DNA of 63,709 bases, the filler included, from Reclinomonas americana ATCC 50394 (lineage: Eukaryota): the NCBI GenBank assembly GCA_048213135.1. It is 16 parts of 16 records of this genome, joined end to end, with 100 filler letters (N's around TTAATTAATTAA, not from the genome) between each part and the next. Parts side by side here need not be neighbours in the genome. Positions count along the whole stretch, not along the records: positions 1 to 8,049 come from AFZH01018858.1; positions 8,150 to 12,200 come from AFZH01018859.1; 14 more parts are not named here. One strand, written 5' to 3'. The position numbers and the translations under genes are program-made. The notes under the pieces are model-generated. The model was not told the DNA's origin and did not search any database. It was given only the letters and a program-made list of their open reading frames with translations. The first letter of the stretch is position 1; each line of letters starts with the position of its first letter. Positions 1-12,077 of the stretch are shown in pieces.

Positions 1-119
1 TCCGTGGCTGGTGTCATTTCGGGAGTGGAGGACAATGATGCATGAAGAGCGTGAAGGTTGCGGCAAGCCAAATTTCGAGCCTATTGGTGTATTCACGCCC
101 ATTCTCTCGACTGCAAGGC

Positions 120-3100
120 CTACACGTCGACATCCATGGCAGCTGCAGCGGAGACTTCTCGTTCGCGGTCGCGCAGCTCCAGCGCTTGGCGAACTTCGCG
201 GGCCAGTGGACTGTCTGGTCCAAGTCGCTCACGAGCCTTGCCTCGCGCTACCTCGAAAGGCATTCGATTCTTGGAATCGCGAGCCTCGAACATCTTCGGA
301 AACCGCAGGGCCACCATCCACATCATACTCTGTGCATCACGCACGATCAGCAACGACCAGTTGCAAAACATCAACAATTCCATGCTACTTCGCACCACAG
401 AGTTCCGATGTTTAGCATAAGCAATCGTGTGCAGCAGAGTGTACCCCCACTCGCTAGTCACTCTGAGCAGTACTGACTCGGGCACCCGTTCACTGGTCAA
501 GAATAACCTGAGGACGGCCTCGTTGCCGGAGCGGCAAGCTTTGTGCGCACTGTGCATTTCGTGTTGAGAATATGATCGGACCAACAAAGTCAACAAACCG
601 GGTACTCAACGCAGTCGCTCCGTTGGCATCATCCACCTCGACTAGTGCTGGTACTGTCTCCAACAACCACTCTGCCAGCTCAACTGAGCCCCTTGCAGCA
701 GCGGCCATGTGCAACAGCGTGTGCCCTGAAGAATCACGAGCATCGCGCACGAGCTCGACACCGTACTTCTCCACCATGGCTTGCATGAAGCTCGGCTTGC
801 AGCGGCAGCCGGCAACCATAAGCAAGTATTGCAACGAAGGCACGCAGTTTCCAGCTCCAGGATTCCGCTGCGCCATCTCCGTCATCTTGTCGAAAAGATA
901 GACCATCATGCGGGGATGTCCCACTGGCGAGCAAGGACGTCGACTGAGGAACGAGTTGAAATCTCGGAGAGATTCACGAGACGCAACTGTGGGCAGCCCA
1001 CTCCGCAGGCAACGTCGGTTGTGGTCCGTATATCGTATGCTTTTCGTTCGCGTGAGGGCTCTGAGACCACAACAGGTTGGGCTCGATTTCAAGGAGACGT
1101 GCTGCGGTCTGCAAGTTTCCTTCCGACTCCCAGCTGACACACAACTGGAAACCGTTGCGTTTGTACATAATATCGCTGTGCACCACCGTTGAGTCAGCCG
1201 CAAGAAGCGATGCCACAACAGAGCGATCGAAAACGAACACATCGTAGATGGCCTCCAAAAACTCGGCGCGCGCACAAAGAGTATACAGCATGTTGACCAC
1301 GTCCAAGCGACCTGCATGATGCAGCAACTCTCTTGAGAACACCTTGTAGAAGCCACAAAAAGAACAACATCACCTCGCACGAACCCCACATTGCAGCCAC
1401 GGCAAGCACATTGTATCCTCTGATATCTTTGACACGGAACAGCGATGGATCCCTCTCCAGCATGCACTTGACCACCTCTACGTGGTCGTGTTGGGCAGCC
1501 AAGTGAACTACACGCATGCTTAGAATCAGAACGGCAGCTAGTAGGCGAGCGTTCGCACGGAGGACATCAGCAGCACACGATACTCAACTGGCTAACTTGC
1601 GCGAATAGTTGCAGGCAAGAAGACTCGACTTGAACTCAATCAGTTTCTGCACAACTTGCAAGTGGCCGCTAAAGGAAGGAAGAAGGATAATAAAACACCA
1701 AGTCCAAGACAGGTGCGTGAGACCTGACACAGAGACGCAACTTGGTTGCAGCTACGTGAAGTGGCGTGTCGCCAGTTTCGCCCAACGCCGCACTCATCAT
1801 GCGATCGCGGTCGCCGTCAGACAATTGCAGTACTAACAGCTTGTCAAGCATTTGCGAGTGGCCGCATTGCGCCAACCAGTGCAACGGAGTGTACCCTTTG
1901 TCGGACAAGTCGCACAGTTGGAAACCGTGCCTAGCCGTGTGCAATAACTCGATGAACAATTCGTTGTCAACTGGCAATCGTCTCCACTTGCTGAACGAAG
2001 CCAGTGCAAGTGGAAATTTTTCGAGAAACGCCTGCAGCAAGTCGTAGGCCTCCTGCCTGGTTATCGACGGCTGCATTTGGAGGAGGAACTCTTCGAGTTG
2101 GTCCGCCCAAATATCCACACCTGCAGTGATTTCAGAGCAAAATGAGCAACAACACGCACGCATCGCAGACATGTGCAGTGAAACCCATTTGCGAACCGAG
2201 AGTACAATTGTTCGCATAGACGCCGAGCGGGATCAAGAGCCGCTGGTACTCATCCGTGATTTCACAGAATTCCTCGCGGCTAAGCACTCGCTGCGGCATT
2301 TTGAGTCTCCAAATGTCGATCAAGAGACTAGACTGCAGCGAGTCAATCACACTTTAGTGCATGTGGACACCGCAACAAACACGCAGGGAAATAGTTGCAA
2401 AAAGGCATAATTGCATACCCAAGAACGCCACGTCTTGCACCGCTCGACGCCGTGAGTCTCCAACACGGGCATGTGAACGTCCAACTTGTTGATGAATCTG
2501 TAATCCACACCATGCACACCCATCTCGACTGCCAGCTTCTCGACCTCCTGCGTGGTGCGTGAGCGACATGCACTGCACATTACGAGATCTAGACTCTTAG
2601 AGTAGAGCCCTCCAGGTCTGCGAAACTGAGGCATCATTTCGTTGTGGGTTCCAACGATCGCTCCATTGCTGAGCAAACAGGTACCAAAGAGCCGACACAA
2701 TGGCGCGGTTCATCGGACGTCGCTGCGTATAGCCCAGATTGCAGTCGAAATCCCGACTTTGGAGACTACGCAGCCACTCAGCCACAGGCTGAATGACACT
2801 CAAAGTAATAATAACCACATCCCCAGCCGCTCCCTGTCACTAAAGCAAGTGAGAATTTAAATGGCGGCGCAGTAGGAGCGAGCGACATCTCACACTCACA
2901 TGCGAGCTATGCCGTGAGCGCACCAGGAAGCGATCTATGTGCTGCAGACATTGATCCAGACGTACGGAGTCCCAGCCAGCAGCTGGTTCCCATATCCGCA
3001 AAACAACGAGAAGTTCATCCGCAGTGAGAGGAATCTGGTACGAATCGTTACCGCACCAGTCTTGGCCGACAAGCTCGGACCCTACGCGCTCAACCGCCGG

Positions 3101-6100
3101 TAAGAACAAGGGAGTACAACATCAGCACATGTGCGACACAACGCAACAAAGCAGAACTTGCAGGATCGGCTTGACATCGTTAAACTTGAGGGGCGATGAA
3201 CTTGATCCGTGCCCAACAGCAGGCACTGGTGACGGTGGAGGTGAATACGTCTTCAGTTGCGCCACAATCTTGCCGATGAGTGCTCGAAGCTCAGGTGCAT
3301 GTAAAGCATGGAGCGCCTCTTCCAAAAGGTGCTTTTGTCCTTTCTCCGTGTAGTTATCCACGACCGCTCGCAAATCCGCTGTTGCGGGATTCCCGTCCAG
3401 CTTGCGAGCAAGTTGACGACACATGGCGTCGTCCATTTCATCGCACTCATCCAGAAAATCGACCCACGATGGACCGCTGGGAACGAAGTGCATTCTGAAC
3501 AGCTGTTCGTACAACTCGGAGAGACCCTGTTTGACCCGAAGCTCTCAGTAAAACCACAGCAGAGACTGGTAAGGTCTAAATAAACGTTACAGTCTACAAA
3601 CCTCGGGAAGACTGCCGCTTTGCTTCCCTCCTTTGCTGATGACGTCCAAAAGCTGAGAAAAATACGCAAAATTGTTGCTGGCGATGCTGCATAGCCTCTG
3701 GACACCGTTTTCGAACGTAGCAGCGTCCTCGTGCGCGACCGACCATTTGCAAACCGCACGGAACACCAGCTCGTCCTCACGAGCTCGAGTGCGTGCGTAC
3801 TTTGACACAGCCGCAAGATACGGAGCTGGTTCGTCGAGTCGAATCGGCTCAATTGGTGGCTGGCAGGGAACACGACAAGAAATTACACAACAACTCGTGT
3901 GCGAGGCAGACGAGAATGCTGAGGTTGAGACGCACCAACGATGCTGTATCGAGCAGGGCGCGGATATTGTCGACAGCAGTCTCGCTGCAATCAGTCCATG
4001 TGAGCACAATCCGAAGCCACGGAGGTGTGCGTGCAATCCTGCAGCAATCAAGCGAGACTTCACACAGTGACGCAAATGAGGGACGTGACTCTCCCATGAA
4101 CGCACATAGAGAAGAGTGTCGCACAGAAATCGCGATCGGCGTCTCTGTCCAGATACTGCATGCCGTCGATGAAGAACAGCTTGTGTGGCTGTGGGGTGGT
4201 GAAGGAGTAATTGCAGTGAGAATTTCGAGTGCAGGAAGTCAAATGAATCACCTACGTACGCAGCTTGTTGTGAGAGACGGCCCAATGGATCATGTACAAA
4301 CGATCCCAACCCAGCACTTGACTGAATATCGGTCACATCGCCCATTTGGAGCACGACGTGCAACTGTTCGCGGTATCCAGGCACAGACCGAAGCAGCATG
4401 GACGACACGGAGCGAGTAAACTGGCTAGCTTGCCGGGTCGCGTGATCATCACGGCGAATAAAGTAAAATCCAGCGACGTGATCCAAAGCCATGCCAAGGC
4501 CAACGAGATCCTGTTCCAGTCATGCAGTAAGTTAGCGCTCTCTTTTCTGCCGAGTAAGATGTGACAAACCTCTCGTACCGAGCCCTCGTGATCAAAGTAA
4601 CGAGAGCAAAACTTACTGGCAACATCAGTAACGAGGTACGTTTTGCCAGTACCGGTCGCTCCATGCAGAATGCACAGCTTAGCGGGCGACGTGTTCCGAA
4701 ACCTCGCCAGTTGCTCAAGGACATCGTCACGCCGACAATAATCCCGCATGGCAAACGCATTGAAATGCTCAGCCTGTGTAACAGCCTGCGATTGGCTATC
4801 GACAGCAGCAGTCACCGCATCGCTCCGCAGATGAGGACTGCGTGTGCGTCGCTGTCAACAAGGTCCGAGCGAAGATGGTCTACACGCAAAACAGACGCAC
4901 CGCCGATGATACTTTTTAACAGCAAACTCAGAGTGCGATAGCGTGATGAACTCGTGACCAAGGAGCTGTTGCGCACTCCAGCGAGACTCTCTGTTGGTGA
5001 AGATGCAAGTGAGAGGATGGAGTGGCACTGGAATGCAGGCAATCGAAGTAACGAACTTGTCTACGCAGAAGCAGTGGCTCAAGAAGCTCTTTGCTGCATC
5101 GCTCAATCCGGGGTGCCTGTCATACTCAGCTTGCAGTTGGCTGATTGCTTCTCTGAAGTCGCCGACTATGTGGTCCCGGAGAAGCATCTGCACCACCGTC
5201 GAGCAGCTAACGATGAGACAAGAATATTAGACACGCCAACACCGCCCACACATTGTTTCACCTCCAGCACCACGACTCCCAGCGACCATATGTCGCTCTT
5301 GACGGTTGCCGCTTCCCCGCGCACAACCTTAAAACACACACATAGAGAGGGACGTGAGAGAGAGAGACAGGGAGAGGAGGGAGAGTGAAGGGAGGGAGAA
5401 CTAGTGAGCGAGTGAGTGAGAGTGATCCTGAGTATGATTTCCACTCCACCTCTGCACATACAAGCAAAAGTAAGCAACAATGCATCCAGCAAGATACTCA
5501 CAGCATCTTATCAATCTCAACCTGGAGCCATGTATCCGGCAGTTCCGCACACAGTCTGTGTGATTTCACCTTCAACCACTGGCTTACTTGTGCCTGTGAA
5601 AGCAGTGACCATGAGCTCCACGAGTGAGTACCACGAGTTTCGACTGACCGACACATACCAAAATCAACGATTTTCAGAACGACAACACGGCCGCGATCAC
5701 CGTCAAGCTCGTAGTGCACGAGAACGTTTTGAGGCTGCACATGCTTGTGAGAGCGAGAACCAAGCTATTCTAGCACATGAACAAGCTGGGACGTCATCAG
5801 GTAACCTTTAGATCGCGATGCTTGAAATCAGTAGTTAGCGCAAGAGTACAGTTTGCATGAGACAATCACAAAACACACACTCACCACAATCGGAAATGTG
5901 TGCAAGTGGTGGAGACCTTCCAGCAGCTGCCACGTCAAATGTGCCTGAGAAATACAGTGCCTGGTGAGCCCTAGCAATGACGCGAGAGGTGTTCTCGCGC
6001 GAGAGGTACGCAACAGCCCAATTTTCGTCGACCTCATACTGGTGAACGAAGTTTTTCAGTGTTCCCCCACTGTAGCACTCCATGACTGGCGTGACGGAGT

Positions 6101-6448
6101 ACGTGTGCGCGGTGAAACACCGGAGGACGAGGATGGAGAGTAAAGAAGACGATGGAGATTCGTACCGAGGAACTCCGTACGAGCACCCATCTTTGCCACC
6201 ACAGATTGCAGGTTCTCCGCCACGTACCCGCGGCACAGGTTCTTGTGCGGATGCCGAGTTACAGCCGCCAGTGCGCGGCGCTCGCGCATAATATCTTCGA
6301 TGCGATGCTGCACCGCGGATCCGGAGGTGAGACACAAACATGACACCAAGGCGCACGCACATTCACGCGTGCAGACAGACCCCTGCGCGTCCGCCTGAAA
6401 ACACTGAGAAAATCTTCACAGCCGCATGCTGTGGCGAAAGTCCCTTGT

Positions 6449-6482
<34 letters not shown>

Positions 6483-6590
6483 AACAGACGATGCGCCGCG
6501 GCTGCTCCCAGATCCATCACCATCATCCACCCAAGTCACCGACTCCAGCTTCACCTGACACACGCCTCCAAAGGCGCCTCTGCTGTGGAT
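120..6590 (-). CDS. Multi-exon NLR/STAND-like protein: Ser/Thr kinase - NACHT-type NTPase - helical domains - ankyrin repeats (5' end uncertain)
   Basis: Spliced translation gives kinase motifs RGAFGGV, AAVKIF, HRDLKPQN, DFG, GTAGYMAPE and DIWSLG. An in-frame GT-AG join leads into Walker A HGATGTGKT, then GFYFIRRDD...SVSSMLL, Walker B LFFIDGM, PPWLRIVLT, SNNFAY and LPEGLSELYEQLF. Ankyrin repeats follow (GYTPLHWLA, GDTPLHVAA, GHTLLHMAA, GYTLLHTIA). Splicing across about 2100-2850 is not fully resolved. Confidence 0.75.
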
Positions 6591-7709
6591 GCTTGCGTTG
6601 CTCCGACACATGGCAACATCTGCGTGTGTGCGACAGCGAAGAGAGAAGAGCGGAACAAAGAGGGTCAACCCGGCACAATAAGACAACTCGGCACAATAAG
6701 CCTTCGCCACACACCGGACTCCGTGAGTACAACGTGCCACGGCATGATGATGTCGACGATGACTGGCAAGTGCGTGTGCACGATGGTGTGCACTCGCAAC
6801 ACCGACTGACTGTGACGGACTGCAAGTCTGTGCAGGACACAACGAAACTGGAGTGCCTGAAGGAGAGTGAAGCAGGCATGAGGTGTGCAAGGAAGCAGGT
6901 ACCCTCATGGATCACGCAGCAGTCACAGTGCAAAGAGCGACGGAGAAAACGCATGCGCAGACGTTGACGTCGCATGCGCAGTCGCTTGCTTCTGTGTATC
7001 GTCACTGATCACAGCCCAGCAGACCAGCGGATTTGCTTGTGAGTGCGCGTGCGTGCGTGAGGAGAAGTGCCTGTTGCGTGAGTGCAGACACAGTGACTCG
7101 AGAGTGAGAGCGGGCGCGCTGATTCCGGACAACTCAACCTGCAAGCCCGACGATCCCATCAATGCTCAGACTCCTCTCTGCAACATTCTTCCTCTCCCCT
7201 TCCTCTCCCTCCCTCCTCCCTCACACACACACACTCTCTCACTCACACACACGTACACTCTCTCTTTCTCTCGTTGCTGCTCAGCAGGTCGGCACACGTA
7301 CACACACAAACACGTGGTGCATACGCGATTCACTGTACATGCGCCACCCGTCCTTGCATCGCGACAGAGAACGAGAAAGCGTGGCGGAGTTTCCGGACGA
7401 CGCTGCGATCTTGGCGAAGCTCCGATCAATGTATGGACGGATTCGAATTCTCGTCGCGTTGTGCGCTGGAGAGTGCGTTGAGTGAGTGAGAGAGTGTGTA
7501 AGTGGTGAAACAGTAAGCTCGCCTACCATGATGATGATGCATATGACGTTCTACAATGTTGCGTGCGAACGACAGGAAGGAGAGAGAATGATGAGGAAGA
7601 TGGGGTGTGCGTGATTGTGTGTGTGTGTGTGTCAGAGAGAGAGAGAGGGTGTGAGAGCCTGAGAGAGAGAGCAAGTGAGTGAGTGCGCGTGAAAGAGCGA
7701 ATCAGTGTG

Positions 7710-7753
<44 letters not shown>

Positions 7754-7989
7754 TGAGTAGTGGGAGAGAGAGTGAGTATGGGAGAGAGAGTGAGAGCCTG
7801 AGAGAGCGCGCGAAGTCGCGATTGATTCCCGACACGCATCTTCCCGCTCTCTCTCTCACACCTCTACTCTCTCTCACACACACATACACACACACAAGCA
7901 GTGCACGACAACAGCACAAAGCACAAGAGGAGAGAGAGAAAGAAAGAGAGAGAGGAAGAGAGAAAAAGTGGTCGGCCATTTCAACTCTT

Positions 7990-8049
<60 letters not shown>

Positions 8050-8149
8050 NNNNNNNNNNNNNNNNNNNNNNNNNNNNNNNNNNNNNNNNNNNNTTAATTA
8101 ATTAANNNNNNNNNNNNNNNNNNNNNNNNNNNNNNNNNNNNNNNNNNNN
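8050..8149. other. Assembly gap linker (N44-TTAATTAATTAA-N44); first of 15
   Basis: The same all-frame-stop linker occurs at about 8094, 12245, 13669, 23457, 25214, 27556, 30757, 33137, 35292, 36557, 44534, 46854, 55768, 57901 and 61160. Confidence 0.97.
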
Positions 8150-8383
8150 GAGAGAGAGAGAGAGACGCGTTGAGAGAGCTGACGCAGGGAGTATAAGCAG
8201 CAGAGGGAGGGCTTGTCTTCCTTGTCTCTCGAGCCTGAAGCAGAACCTTTCATGTCCTCGCATAGAGAGAGAGACCCTTTGAGAGGGGTCAAGCAGGAGA
8301 AGTAGCGCTCTATTCTTCCAGTCTTGGCTCCGCCTGTCGCGCACTCCGTGGAGCAGCAGATCTCGCCTGTCTTCACACAAACA

Positions 8384-8421
<38 letters not shown>

Positions 8422-9130
8422 CTGACTCTTGGAGAGAGGTGAAGCAGGAGAGGGAGGACTCTATTCTTCCTTGCCTCCCTTGTCTCTCGCGCATGAAGTA
8501 GAACCTTGTCTGTCTTCTCTTTGAGAGAGGGAGGATAAGCAGCAGAGGGAGGGCCTGCCTTCTTTGTCTCTCGCGCCTGAAGCAGAACCTTGCATGTCTT
8601 CTCTTCGAGAGAGGTGCAGCAGGGAGGATAAGCAGGAGAGTTAGGACTTGCCTTCCTTGTCTCTCGAGCGTGAAGCAGAACATTGCTTGTCTTTGCAAGG
8701 AGAGAGAGAGAGATACTCTTTGAGAGAGGTGCAGCAAGAGAAGGAGAGTTCTATTCTTCCTTGCCTCCCTTGTCTCTTGTGCATAAAGCAGAACCCTGCC
8801 TGTCTTCTCTTTGAGAGAAATGCGGATACGCAGGGGAGGGAGGACTTGCCTTCGTTGTCTCTTGAGCGTGAAGCAGAACCTTGCCTGTCTTCGAAAAGAC
8901 TGAGCGAGCGAGAGGGAGGACTGTCTCTCCAGGAGTGCCTTGCTGATATTGCCTATCTTCGCAGAGAAACGCAGAGGGAGTAGTCTTTGTGAGACTCTAT
9001 TCCTCCTTGAAAATTGTGTCTCGAACCCCGCCTGTCTTCACGAGATCGAGAGGGCGGTCTGTCTCTCGACCACTCCGCGAGAGCAGACCTTGCAGATCTC
9101 GCCTGTCTTCACAGAGTTCCTCTCTATCTC
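8150..9130. repeat. Imperfect tandem repeat (GAAGCAGAACCTTG..TGTCT core), probably intronic
   Basis: Recurrent gcgtgaagcagaaccttg and ctctattcttccttgcctccc blocks spaced about 80-120 bp apart. Confidence 0.75.
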
Positions 9131-9536
9131 TCGATCACAAGTCGTGCATGTGGCAACTCTCTTCTCGCTTGGCATTGTTCATCCTTGCCGTTTCTCTCGC
9201 CCCGGTCGTTCGTATTCGTTGCGGACAGGGAGCTGCCATTGTTACACATGTTAGCCTGCACACATTCTCAGAGAAAAGAGCGATTACCGTGACACTCGTT
9301 GACTTGCATGGAATGTGAGTGAGAGAGCATCCACACTTGTGTATGCAAGAGGCAGTGAGCTCTTCCTTGGCTCTTTCCCTTTCCTTCCCTCTCTCACTGT
9401 CTCTCTGTCTCTGTCTACATGCATGTATGCTTGCATCATTCCTCTCTTCTCTCCCTTCCCTCTCCCTTCTCCCCTTCCCTCTCTCTCCTCCCCCTTCCCT
9501 CCCATGTCCCTCATCCCCCCTTTCCCCTATTCGCAG

Positions 9537-9801
9537 CCACTTCCACGTCAACACCTCCACCTCCGACCGCATCGGCGGCAACCCCCGCTCCACCGGCACC
9601 CGCGTTCTCGTGATTATCGCGCAAACACTGCTCACGACCCTCGTCACCGCTCTCGGCTACTTCCTCATGCTGGTCTCCATGACCTACAATGTCGGCGTCT
9701 TCCTGTCCATGATGGCCGGCTTTGCCATCGGCTACGCCGCCTTCCTCAGGAGTGCGCTGGCCGCCGGAGCCGTCACCGGCAGCCACTGTGCCGGCCTGTG
9801 A
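9537..9801 (+). CDS. Ctr/SLC31 copper transporter, last exon (5' exons unresolved)
   Basis: After a pyrimidine tract and CAG: ...LGYFLMLVSMTYNVGVFLSMMAGFAIGYAAF...HCAGL*. This contains the Ctr MxxxM-x12-GxxxG signature and a C-terminal HC. Confidence 0.85.
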
Positions 9802-9915
9802 GGCGGCGCGCGTGTTCGAGTCATTTTGTTGTGAGTGTGAGTGCGAGTGTAGAAAATATCAGGGAAAAAACACCATCAAGTGAAGACACCATTTGATTTA
9901 CATTCAACCCCCCTC

Positions 9916-11969
9916 TTAGCAGGCCTCGGGCGCCAGCTGCTTCTTGGCAATGATCTCGTCGACGGGCAGCGGGCGGAGTGAAGTCGTGTCGAATGACTGC
10001 GCTCACGCGGAAGTGAGTGAGAGAGAAGAAGAAGAAAGAGAAAAGAGATATCGTGGAGGCGAGAATAACGAGTATGAGAACGCTACACGCAAAGAGCGGG
10101 AAGGAGGCAAATCAAGAGGCGAAATGGCAGACACAGACAACGGGTGAGATAGCCACTCGCAAAACAACAGTGGGAATGAGACGGAACCGGTGATAAATGG
10201 ACAGCGTAGACACACAATGCGCGTGAGAGCTACACGCAATCAATAGTGAGAAGGAGGGAGGTCATGAGACATACTGACACCGAGAAAGGTTGACAGACAG
10301 ACAGCACGCTCGTTCGCAAAGAAAGGGTGAGAAAGAGCACAGACGGCGACTCACTGACATCCACACAGACAAAGAGAGCTCCTTTCTTCCCTCCCTCTCC
10401 CCCCACCCCCCTTCTCGTTCGCAACGAAAGGGCGAGAAAGAGCACAGACGGCGGCTCACTGACATCCACACAGACAACGAGAGCTCCTTTCTCCCCTCCC
10501 TCTCCTCCCACCCTCCTTCTCGTTCGCAAAGAAAGGGTGAGAAAGAGCACAGACGGCGACTCACTGACATCCACACAGACAAAGAGAGCTCCTTTCTCCC
10601 CTCCCTCTCCCCCCACAACCCTTCTCGTTCACAAAGAAAGGGCGAGAATGAGCACAGACGGCGGCTCTCTGACATCAAGAAACCACACAGACAAAGAGAG
10701 CTCCTTTCTCCCCTCCCTCTCCCCCTACCCCCCTTCTCGTTCGCAAAGAAAGGGCGAGAATGAGCACAGACGGCGACTCACTGACATCAGGAAACCACAC
10801 AGACAAAGAGAGCTCCTTTCTCTCAACCCTCTACCCCCACCCCCCTTCTCCCCTCCCCTCAATCTCGACGCACATCAATCACATGCAGCTTGCCCTTCAG
10901 GCGCCGATCCGACGCGCTAAACTCCACGCCCTCCTCGCTCAACAGACGCCGCTTGCGCACCAGCTCGTCGCTGTCCCAGTCGGTGGCGCCCGAGAAGCCA
11001 CCAATGCCCGTGTCGGTTTTCACCACGCTGCGCGCACACAGTCAAGCACAGGCAGCGACAATGGAGGCGCATGTCGTCACTCACCGATGGCACGGAATGT
11101 GTGGCGCGTACGGGTTTCTCCGCAGCGCCTGGCCAACGGCCTGCGGGGCGGCAGCGAGGGCCGTTGCAATGGCCTTGTAGGTGGTCACGGCGCCTGGAAG
11201 CGAAAGGGTGGAGTGAGCGTGATGGGCAAAGGCAACAGCGAATGAGGCAAGAGAAGAAGTGAGAGAAAGAGGAAGGAAGGAGGGCGGGAAGGAGAGCGCG
11301 AGAGGGACATCTCATCTTCTCTTTTTTCTTCCCCCGCCCTTCCCCGTCGCCCTTCTCTCTTGCCTCTTATCGTCTCCTTTCTTACGCCGCTCTCGATCTC
11401 TCGCCTTTTCTCCTCCCTCTATCATCGCCCGTCTTCCCCCTTGCCCTTCTCGCTTTCCTCTTCTCTCTCTTTCTCACTCTCTCTCTCTCCTTTCGCCTCT
11501 CCTCTCACACTCCACTTTCATTCCTTCTCCCTTGCCCTTCTCCCTTTCCTCTTCTCTCTCTCTCTCTCATTCTTCTCTCTTCCCCCTCACTTCCCCTTCC
11601 TGTCACTCGCCCCTTCTCTTTCCCTTTCCTCTCCCTTCTCTCTCTTCTCTCCCACTCTCTCCACATCCAGGCCTTCTCCCTTCTCTCTCCCTCCCACTCT
11701 CTCCACTTCCTGTTCTTCTCCCCTCCTTCCTGTCACTCGCCCTTCTCTTTCCCTCTGCTCTCTCTCTCTCTCTTTCTCCCTCCCTTTCTCTCATCTCTCT
11801 CCTTCTTCCTCTCCCTCCCTTTCCTCTTCCTCCCATTCTCACCTGGCGGCACATTGCAGAGGATCTCATACACCTTGGCCTGAAACTCAGTGATCCCCAG
11901 CTGTTTGGCCACAGAGGCATAGTCGCGTGCACCAGCAGCACTCTCAGAAGACGACGACGAGGCAGAGGA
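9916..11969 (-). CDS. MGMT: O6-methylguanine-DNA methyltransferase (4 visible exons, 5' partial)
   Basis: Spliced: ITEFQAKVYEILCNVPPGAVTTYKAIA...AVGQALRRNPYAPHIPCHRVV...GIGGFSG...KRRLLSEEG. The PCHR active-site motif is intact. Confidence 0.92.
10310..10860. repeat. About 105-110 bp intronic minisatellite, 5 copies (MGMT intron)
   Basis: Units starting gttcgcaa(a/c)gaaaggg at about 10312, 10417, 10523, 10627 and 10739. Confidence 0.9.
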
Positions 11970-12034
11970 CTGTGTGACAAGAGCGAAGAGTGGGGGTCAG
12001 TGTGAGAGAAACCAACTCTCTCTCTCTCATACAC

Positions 12035-12077
<43 letters not shown>

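Noticed and set aside
7363..7485. Possible upstream exon of the Ctr gene ending at a GTTGAGT donor
   Set aside because: No recognisable motif, and a gap prevents a frame check, so it was neither called nor counted.
8094..8105. Recurrent palindrome TTAATTAATTAA (15 copies)
   Set aside because: Always centred in identical N runs; an artificial all-frame-stop gap linker.
10310..10860. Possible CRISPR-like repeat array
   Set aside because: Whole units repeat with no unique spacers, it lies inside a spliceosomal intron, and there are no cas genes.
11259..12005. Long Leu/Ser/Pro/Phe-rich or Arg/Glu-rich ORFs (also 15411-15920, 34468-35295, 38191-38877)
   Set aside because: Translations of CT/GA low-complexity intron tracts that lack stop codons by composition.
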